Assembly (NCBI GenBank): GCA_046483985.1 | Contig: JAWOCD010000056.1 | Location: 32,780-96,779, forward strand | Direction: 5' to 3' | Length of the DNA: 64,000 bases | DNA from: Promethearchaeia archaeon | GTDB lineage: Archaea > Asgardarchaeota > Lokiarchaeia > Sigyniarchaeales > SOKP01 | Shown: piece after piece, positions 57,591 to 64,000 of the stretch | How positions within the stretch are numbered: position 1 is the first letter of the stretch | How the letters are laid out: each line of letters opens with the position of its first letter | The notes under the pieces: generated by a model | Told to the model about the DNA's origin: nothing | Databases searched by the model: none | Seen by the model: the letters and a program-made list of their open reading frames with translations, nothing else | Made by a program: the position numbers and the translations under genes

Positions 57591-59030
57591 TTACTCCCGA
57601 CCCCTCACAGGTCGACATTTCCAATAATAATTTTTAAAATTCCCGCCTTCATGTATTTTTCGAAAGGTTAACTCGACTTCCATCCCAATTTCCACGTTTT
57701 CTTCGGGCTCTTGAATCTCCGTCATATCACAAAGGATTCTCCCTCCTCCCTCTAAATCAATTACACAGCGAGGCACCGGAGTTGCGTAGTAATTTCCTCC
57801 GATCAAATGATCAAGGGTATAAGTGAAAATCTCTCCCCTCTTTGCCAATTTTATTTGTTCCAGTTGCTCATCCGCGCGACAGTTATAGCAACTGTGATAC
57901 GTCACTGGATATTGGATAGTTCCACAATTTGTACACTTTAAACCATACATCTGGAAAACAGATGGGGTATCTCGCCACATGGTAACAGCAGAACTTTTCC
58001 TGGTATATCTGTCTTTTTCCAATAATTCCCGATTTTCGATAAACATATTATAGTTCTCTACCGTCGATTGAGATTTTTGATTGCCTCGTAAACCCATCCG
58101 TGTTTTACCGATTTTCCTGGTTGCCTCCCTATCCTGGACGGTCAAGAGAATTGCATCCGCACCGTCCCCGTAGCCAGCTAAAATAATTCTATCTTCTTCT
58201 TTCGGTCGTCGCAGGGCATCAATTAATAAAAGGAGCGGCATCGGAGTTCCAAAATTGCCCCCTTGTAGGAAAAGTCCATTCTGTGCCACTCCACGCGGAA
58301 AATCCATCATTTTCGACAGTTTTCCAAATTTCCGGGGATCATCATAATAGTAGGCTGCAGTATTAATCTCTTCGAGCGAAAGACCGTTGCGTTTTATTAA
58401 TTCGGCCATTACAGAGGTAAGACTCTTGAAATAAAATCGAGCATCCATCTTTACCTCAAATGTCCGGATAAAACTGTCTTTTTCAGCACGTTTCCACGGT
58501 CCAGTAACATTCTTGGAGATAGAATAGTAATCATCAATTGAAACGGGAATATTATCCTCCTCCGCTATTAAAAGAGCAGCAGCCCCATCAGACATCCCAT
58601 ATTCCCACATGGTCGCTGGTTCGGGTTTCCGCATATCGGCGCTCACGACAAGTATTGACTTTATATCATCGTTTGATTTAATTGTATCATACGCCCGGGA
58701 CACAGCGCTGGTCGCTGCTTTTGTGGAATCGGTTAAATCTAAACAGATGATCTCGTCACGGAGATCCAGTACCGTTGAGATTAATGAAGCAGATTCTTTT
58801 TCCGAATAGGGGGGTGTAGTACTCGCAAAATACAACCCGTCTATTGATTGAGGATCAATACCAGCAAGACAATCAAGTCCCGCCTCAACCGCCATTGTGA
58901 TTGAATCCTCGTCAATATTTGCAATGGTTTTATTTCCCGGAACTTCCGGAAAATCCCACGCTTCTGCAATAAGATTCCTGGGAAGTAAATAGCGAGGTAA
59001 ATACGCCCCATAACTCTTAATTCCAATCAT
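57591..59030 (-). CDS. HMG-CoA synthase/KAS-III-like fold fused to DUF35 (Zn ribbon + OB fold)
   Basis: GIKSYGAYLPRY, DEDSITMAVEA, GYGDGAD, then CTNCG...CYNC and IGMEVELTFR...YYWK. Confidence 0.88.
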   Translation of the reverse strand: MIGIKSYGAYLPRYLLPRNLIAEAWDFPEVPGNKTIANIDEDSITMAVEAGLDCLAGIDPQSIDGLYFASTTPPYSEKESASLISTVLDLRDEIICLDLTDSTKAATSAVSRAYDTIKSNDDIKSILVVSADMRKPEPATMWEYGMSDGAAALLIAEEDNIPVSIDDYYSISKNVTGPWKRAEKDSFIRTFEVKMDARFYFKSLTSVMAELIKRNGLSLEEINTAAYYYDDPRKFGKLSKMMDFPRGVAQNGLFLQGGNFGTPMPLLLLIDALRRPKEEDRIILAGYGDGADAILLTVQDREATRKIGKTRMGLRGNQKSQSTVENYNMFIENRELLEKDRYTRKSSAVTMWRDTPSVFQMYGLKCTNCGTIQYPVTYHSCYNCRADEQLEQIKLAKRGEIFTYTLDHLIGGNYYATPVPRCVIDLEGGGRILCDMTEIQEPEENVEIGMEVELTFRKIHEGGNFKNYYWKCRPVRGRE

Positions 59031-59316
59031 TTAACGTTTAACACCTATCATTTTAATCAGTTTTTTAAAGATTTTTTTTCAAAATTAATTATACTTTGAG
59101 GTTATTTAATTAATAATAATTGGGATTTTATAGTAATAAATATTTAAAAGTCGTCTTGCCACGGCACGGCAGTTTCCAAACGCCGAATTGCTTAGATTTT
59201 ATCATCTTACCGAAGATATATAGAATCTTTTCAGTCTTTTTTACAATCCTTTCTCATTTTATCATAGATAAAAACCCTTCTTAGGTCAGGATTAAGGAGA
59301 TTCAAAGAACTACTGA

Positions 59317-59571
59317 CTTAATCGTCTCATTCCCCAACTCCAAAATATAAGTTACCTACTTTCGGCAAAAAGGAAAAAAGAACGCATTCGCTTTTTAAAA
59401 AAACTTTTAAACGATAAAGTCGTCCAGCCAACCATTAGCTTTTTTAATTCGGCTCGGTGTCCCAAAATGGTTATACAACGTTGGTTGGATGGATTTCAAA
59501 AACGAAATCTGATCAATTCGTTAATCCATAAGCGAACCAGGATCTATCTTAGAGATCAAGGAAAAGATTAG
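59317..59571 (+). pseudogene. Start-less open frame, possible remnant of a winged-helix protein
   Basis: 84 codons open, ending KMVIQRWLDGFQKRNLINSLIHKRTRIYL. Confidence 0.3.
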
Positions 59572-59691
59572 AGGATTTCTAAGAAAGGCTATAATTTAGT
59601 ACGTGTTTCGCCAAATACTTTCAACCTAAATATTGGAGGTATCCCAAGAACACGATTAAATAAAAAAAAGATATAAAAAAAGATTAAATTT

Positions 59692-59985
59692 TTAGGAGAC
59701 TTTGGGAGGTTTATCTTCTCTTTTTCCCTTGAATTCTATCTCTATCTCTAGTTCTCTCTCCCCGTTTCCTTCGAATTCGATCTCTAGCTCTATGGTATCC
59801 CTGAACTTGAAAGGTAGTTCCCACTCATCTGTCTCAATAGTTACTGTATCTCCTTCTCTCAACTGTTTCGCCATGGACTCTAAAAAGTCTGCTGCTTGCT
59901 CCTTGTTGAGATACACTTCATGTTCCAAGTCTCCTTCTTTCACGACCCTTTTTTCTCCTTTCGATTTGCTCGGTATTTTGGACAT
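59692..59985 (-). CDS. Amphi-Trp domain protein
   Basis: EQAADFLESMAKQL...ELEIEFE...ELEIEIEF; AGGTGA RBS before ATG 59985. Confidence 0.8.
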   Translation of the reverse strand: MSKIPSKSKGEKRVVKEGDLEHEVYLNKEQAADFLESMAKQLREGDTVTIETDEWELPFKFRDTIELEIEFEGNGERELEIEIEFKGKREDKPPKVS

Positions 59986-60394
59986 CTTCTCACCTTTAGG
60001 TAACAAAATTTAACTCCTCATAATATGAGTATAATACATTTGTTATAGTTCCTTTATTACACGATCTTTCAGAATACACACATAGCCGTAAGTATTCCAA
60101 ACCCCTCTATACTGTTAATCTCTTTGGCGATTTGATTTATGAACATTTCATGAATAAATCAACTTTTCCTACACTCATATCATCTTAAATAGAGATGTGT
60201 CTTACCTTATTTAAATTTTAATTATTAGCATCCTCATCTCCATTTTGAAGGTTTTATCCTACTAACTCTTAAACCCCCTTCTCTACTATTAATAGACTAA
60301 GTTGATAACTTAAAAATTAGAAAATTTTGCGTCCCAAATTAAATTACGAGAAATCAAAAACAGGTGCCCACGGAAAAAGAAAGGCCCATCTCTT

Positions 60395-60889
60395 TTATTC
60401 GGCTTCTTCCTCTATTTTCTTTTCAAGCACCACAAGTTTTGGATGAAAGTCGAGCTGACCAAACACGTCAAGTAACTTGTCTGGAACACCATAACTGAGA
60501 TTAATCCTGATGGAATCGCATCCCCACGATTTCAACAATTGAATTGCCCGTTCAGCGAGAATTCGGCCAATATTTTGACCGATATATTCCTTTTTTGTAG
60601 CCCAATTATCGAGATAGCCCACATATTGCCCAAGATTATTCTTTACCGCTTCTATCATTCCCATTCCTATCACTTCTCCCGTTTCTTTTCTTTCAGCGAT
60701 GAGCGTGATTCGCTTTAAATTGGGTTTAAATTGACGAAGTCCCGATGACTTACGCCACCTCTCTTCATTCAAACCAATATCGTATTTATCATGGAGCTGT
60801 CGTAAAATTTCCAAGGTCGCCTCATAATCCGAGGTACGATAATTGCGGATGACTAAATTCTCTTCATTTAGGTCACTATTGGACGACAT
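60395..60889 (-). CDS. GNAT family N-acetyltransferase
   Basis: IRNYRTSD, EYIGQNIGRIL (motif A) and WGCDSIRI. Confidence 0.85.
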   Translation of the reverse strand: MSSNSDLNEENLVIRNYRTSDYEATLEILRQLHDKYDIGLNEERWRKSSGLRQFKPNLKRITLIAERKETGEVIGMGMIEAVKNNLGQYVGYLDNWATKKEYIGQNIGRILAERAIQLLKSWGCDSIRINLSYGVPDKLLDVFGQLDFHPKLVVLEKKIEEEAE

Positions 60890-60942
60890 ATTTATCCTCT
60901 TTTCTTTTTGTGTAGTAATTAAATAACTAAATCTTTTTCTTA

Positions 60943-61983
60943 TTAAGCTTTTTTATTTTTTATTAAATCTATATCAATTTTTTTAGAAAGTAATTGCTCT
61001 TTTTGATCTTGTTCCACAATGAAGAAGAGATATTCATTAATGTGGGGGATAATAGGTGAAATAAATAACAACTCTTCCTTCGGATACCATTCATCAATAA
61101 CTTGATTCATGATTTCTTTCTCAAAGAATTCTTTCACGTGGGTAATTTTTACTTTCACACCATTTAGTTCCTCGTCCGTATTATTTTTAACCACGATTTC
61201 AATTTCTTGAGAGTCTTCAATTATAGTAACATCGACAATCTTAAGCGGTCTCTTAAACAAATCTTTTTTTTTCTCCTTTTCCCCCCCAAATATACTGATT
61301 TCCGAAAATCTGGGAGTCCCTTCCTCATTGAAAATATGGTCGACTTCAATCCCTTTGAGCGAAAGAAACGAAATTGCCTTTTGTTTTTTTATGGAGTCAG
61401 TATCAGATTTCTTTTTAAGAGTTTTGGAGAAAAATTCATTTATCATGGTTTTGACGGTTTTTTTCAGTTCTTTCTTTATTTTCTCTCCTTCTTGAATGCA
61501 TTGTTTCACTTTTGGTGTTTTGATCACTTCTTCTTTTGCAATCTCACATTCAATAAGATCGACTAACTGATCCCCGAAATTTTTTTGGATTACAACCGTC
61601 AGTTTCTTTATTAAATCATCGCCGAAAATATCAATATCATTGGGGAGAGACACGATTAGCACGATAGTTTCCGGAGTTTCCTCGTCCAATCCGGCACGTC
61701 GTTTTTCACGCTGGGATTTTGCATAAAATTTCTTCCCAAAAAAGGTAAACCCCTTATATTCTACGTCAACGTGATCTAACGCAGCTTCCTCTTCAATATC
61801 CAAGAACCAGATACTGTGATATTTGATAGGACGCATGAATTTTTTATTATCTTTTAATTCTTCATGAGGGTAAACAAATAACGGGATATGGCCCATCGAT
61901 TCATCAAAATATAAGAGGTATATATTGCAAAACTCTTCAAAATGGTTTTCCTGTGAGGAATTGTTATTGAATAAGTCTGCCAC
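60943..61983 (-). CDS. Hypothetical protein, uDENN/longin-like N-terminus and Ig-like C-terminus
   Basis: IYLLYFDESMGHIPLFVYP start; EIEIVVKNNTDEELNGVKVKI beta-sandwich pattern. Confidence 0.55.
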   Translation of the reverse strand: MADLFNNNSSQENHFEEFCNIYLLYFDESMGHIPLFVYPHEELKDNKKFMRPIKYHSIWFLDIEEEAALDHVDVEYKGFTFFGKKFYAKSQREKRRAGLDEETPETIVLIVSLPNDIDIFGDDLIKKLTVVIQKNFGDQLVDLIECEIAKEEVIKTPKVKQCIQEGEKIKKELKKTVKTMINEFFSKTLKKKSDTDSIKKQKAISFLSLKGIEVDHIFNEEGTPRFSEISIFGGEKEKKKDLFKRPLKIVDVTIIEDSQEIEIVVKNNTDEELNGVKVKITHVKEFFEKEIMNQVIDEWYPKEELLFISPIIPHINEYLFFIVEQDQKEQLLSKKIDIDLIKNKKA

Positions 61984-62131
61984 TTTTTACCAGTCTGAAT
62001 AATAATTTCAATTCAAAAGAATTAAATAATTCTTTTTCTAATAGAATTTATATCTAAATAATATATTCAATTTAATAAATAATTTATGAGATCTTATGAA
62101 AATAACAGATATTCAATCTCATCTTTTGGAA

Positions 62132-62487
62132 TTGAAGTCTCCCCGCCCTAAAGGATGGGGATTCCTACGAGTCCACTAAGCGTTAGCTGGTGGGCATATC
62201 TTAGGGCTGTGTGTCGTAGAAAATCCGTTCCATTGCTTTAGAAAGAATTCCTCCTTCAAAGAGGGTTTATGCGATAGGTCATCAGATGTGAGAAACTTTA
62301 CCATAATATTAACAGCGGAATTTAAGTCTCTATCCATCTTATGACCACATTCATAACTAATATCACGCTCGGACAAATCCAGTTTCGCTCTTCTTCCACA
62401 TTTTGCACAAGTCTGGGTGGTATAAGACTCGTCAATTCTTATTCCTCTTTTACCTATTTTTTCTGCCTTATAGGTTAAGAATTTCAT
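62132..62487 (-). mobile_element. tnpB: Truncated IS200/IS605 element: tnpB 3-prime fragment plus right end
   Basis: FLTYKA...DESYTTQTCAKCG...MDRDLNSAVNI (62176-62487); right end GAAT-CCCCAtCCtttaGGgCGGGG-agact-TCAA. Confidence 0.9.
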
Positions 62488-62788
62488 TCGACCCGATGTA
62501 TCTCGAAGTGGCGGCTATTTGCAAGAGAAAAAGATCGACGCTATGGCGGAAGTGAAGGGTGTGCGCTGCATACCCCATATCTTCGGATTCGGCCATATTC
62601 TTGCGGCAAATCTGCATTTTATCATGGCGAGTCGCTGCGAGTGGTGCGAATTTCCCTTTATTCCGGAAGAATATCAGATTTTAGAGACCCCCCTCACGGT
62701 GGAAAAAGGATATGTAAACACTCTTGAGAAACCGGGGTTAGGAGTTGAAATCAACGAAAAAATGTTCAAAGAAAATGTAATTGAGTAA
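62486..62788 (+). pseudogene. C-terminal fragment of a mandelate racemase/enolase superfamily gene
   Basis: IRPDVSRSGG...PH...ANLH...EF...KPGLGVEIN; N-terminal part absent. Confidence 0.8.
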
Positions 62789-62951
62789 AATGTGATTTAT
62801 CCTCCAGAAATCTACTTGAGCCAATCGAAATAAATCAAAAATATAATTTATTTTTTATTAAAGACAGATTTATATTATAATCTATTGTGAGAAATATATA
62901 GAGTTTTTATGTTCATTCAAATGAAAAATTGAGTTTTTAGATATAAATAGG

Positions 62952-64000
62952 ATGGAAAATCAATTAATGAATGTAAAGAAAATCGGTCTTATCGCTATAT
63001 TTTTAGTTGGTTTCACTCTTTCCGCCCTCCTTTTTTCCGTCACGTTCATGAGCGAGTCAAATTCGGGCTCATTGGACAATACCGATGCCATTACACCTAA
63101 TGAAAATTCGGAGGAGTTGCGGAATTCTCTCTCCGTTGGAAACACTTCTTTTGGTGATGTGGGAAATGAGCAGGAGGCACAACTCACCCATCTTCGGAAT
63201 GAAACATTCATCAACAACCATACAGATGATGGGGATCTCTCGTTTTCCAACTTGGAATCGGGATGGAATATGTCCCAGTTTTCATTGAATTTTACTGAGT
63301 TGTACTCCGAAGAAGAATATGTGGATTTTCAGACACGGGTGGATGGAGGAGACTCATTTGACCATGAAGATATTTTTTATGCCACCTCATTTCAAATCCC
63401 CAATACTTGTATACTTAGAAATATTTCGATGTTTTTACAATATGCCGGATCGCAGCAGCATAACCAATCTTTTTCAATATCTTTATACAATGCAAGTGTT
63501 AATAATGAAAATTTGGTGCCAGAAAGCTCATTAAATCATTTTTCGGATGATAATATGATAGATATGTCTAATCAAAATGTATCCCAACCGGCGAAATGGC
63601 ACCAAGCAAATTTCTCAAACAGAGTGCTTAATATTTCAAAGACAAATAACAGAACATTTTTTGCTGTTTTTGAACCCTTGAAGTATAAAGTTCAACCCCT
63701 TGAGGATTCTTATATCTATTATGCTGATACACGGCCAGATGATCCTTATGATACACCTATATACAAAAAGCAGGGAACAGAAAGTGCAAATTGGTCTAGA
63801 ATGGCAGGAAAAAGCGGATGTTTAAAGGTCAACCTTGCCCCAATTTCATCGAATCCGAATCCGGAACAAGTAAATCTTACGGTTTTTGATCAAAAAGTAC
63901 CCGAATCCGGCTTTTTTGAATATGATCAGCTCATTTCCCCTACAAATGATCGATATAATATCCCAGTTTCATCATTGTGGTTTTCAGATATCACCTATAA
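62952..64000 (+). CDS. Secreted/surface glycoprotein (3-prime partial), absent from the ORF track
   Basis: MENQLMNVKKIGLIAIFLVGFTLSALLFSV signal-like segment; frame open to the window end; many N-x-S/T sequons. Confidence 0.8.
   Translation, partial: MENQLMNVKKIGLIAIFLVGFTLSALLFSVTFMSESNSGSLDNTDAITPNENSEELRNSLSVGNTSFGDVGNEQEAQLTHLRNETFINNHTDDGDLSFSNLESGWNMSQFSLNFTELYSEEEYVDFQTRVDGGDSFDHEDIFYATSFQIPNTCILRNISMFLQYAGSQQHNQSFSISLYNASVNNENLVPESSLNHFSDDNMIDMSNQNVSQPAKWHQANFSNRVLNISKTNNRTFFAVFEPLKYKVQPLEDSYIYYADTRPDDPYDTPIYKKQGTESANWSRMAGKSGCLKVNLAPISSNPNPEQVNLTVFDQKVPESGFFEYDQLISPTNDRYNIPVSSLWFSDITY

Noticed and set aside
59257-59292. Possible plus-strand left end (TTTTATCATAGA...)
   Set aside because: Only 12 nt match the 17608 end and there is no convincing hairpin
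60068-60145. IS110 transposase-like scrap (AKEINSIEGFGILTA) on the minus strand
   Set aside because: Only 25 codons with a generic helix-hairpin-helix-like motif; cannot be supported without a search
26-63534. Many short ORFs in the track overlapping longer genes (e.g. 670-1092, 2731-3081, 35325-35816, 59702-60013, 62960-63250)
   Set aside because: Antisense or out-of-frame shadows of better-supported genes, with no motifs
1-64000. CRISPR array, rRNA or tRNA genes
   Set aside because: No regularly spaced repeats or recognisable structural RNA genes seen by eye; an intron-containing tRNA could have been missed

Overview
Low-GC archaeal chromosomal segment, most consistent with an Asgard archaeon of the Lokiarchaeia/Promethearchaeia type. 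This is inferred from two roadblock proteins, longin- and uDENN-like proteins, Vps28-like repeats, a Loki-type N-terminal domain fused to TPRs, and archaeal TATA boxes and T-tract terminators. The window holds about 55 protein genes, mostly metabolic, transport and Fe-S/metal related. No rRNA, tRNA or CRISPR array was seen. Main points of interest: (1) an intact fwdG-B-D-A-like operon whose catalytic and metal/pterin-binding motifs are systematically substituted and which lacks fwdC; (2) a 986-aa wHTH/coiled-coil protein ending in four Vps28-C-terminal-like helical repeats; (3) at least eight co-oriented IS200/IS605-type ends, including a 260-bp transposase-less, TnpB-less mini-element that keeps both ends and an omegaRNA-like scaffold, and an end pair flanking an MFS gene; (4) a palindromic operator GAATAWWTATTC upstream of four dispersed metal/redox loci; (5) duplicated gene 3-prime ends bracketing inserted cargo; (6) a second, TATAGTC-ended MITE-like family. 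All protein calls come from motif recognition by eye, not database searches.
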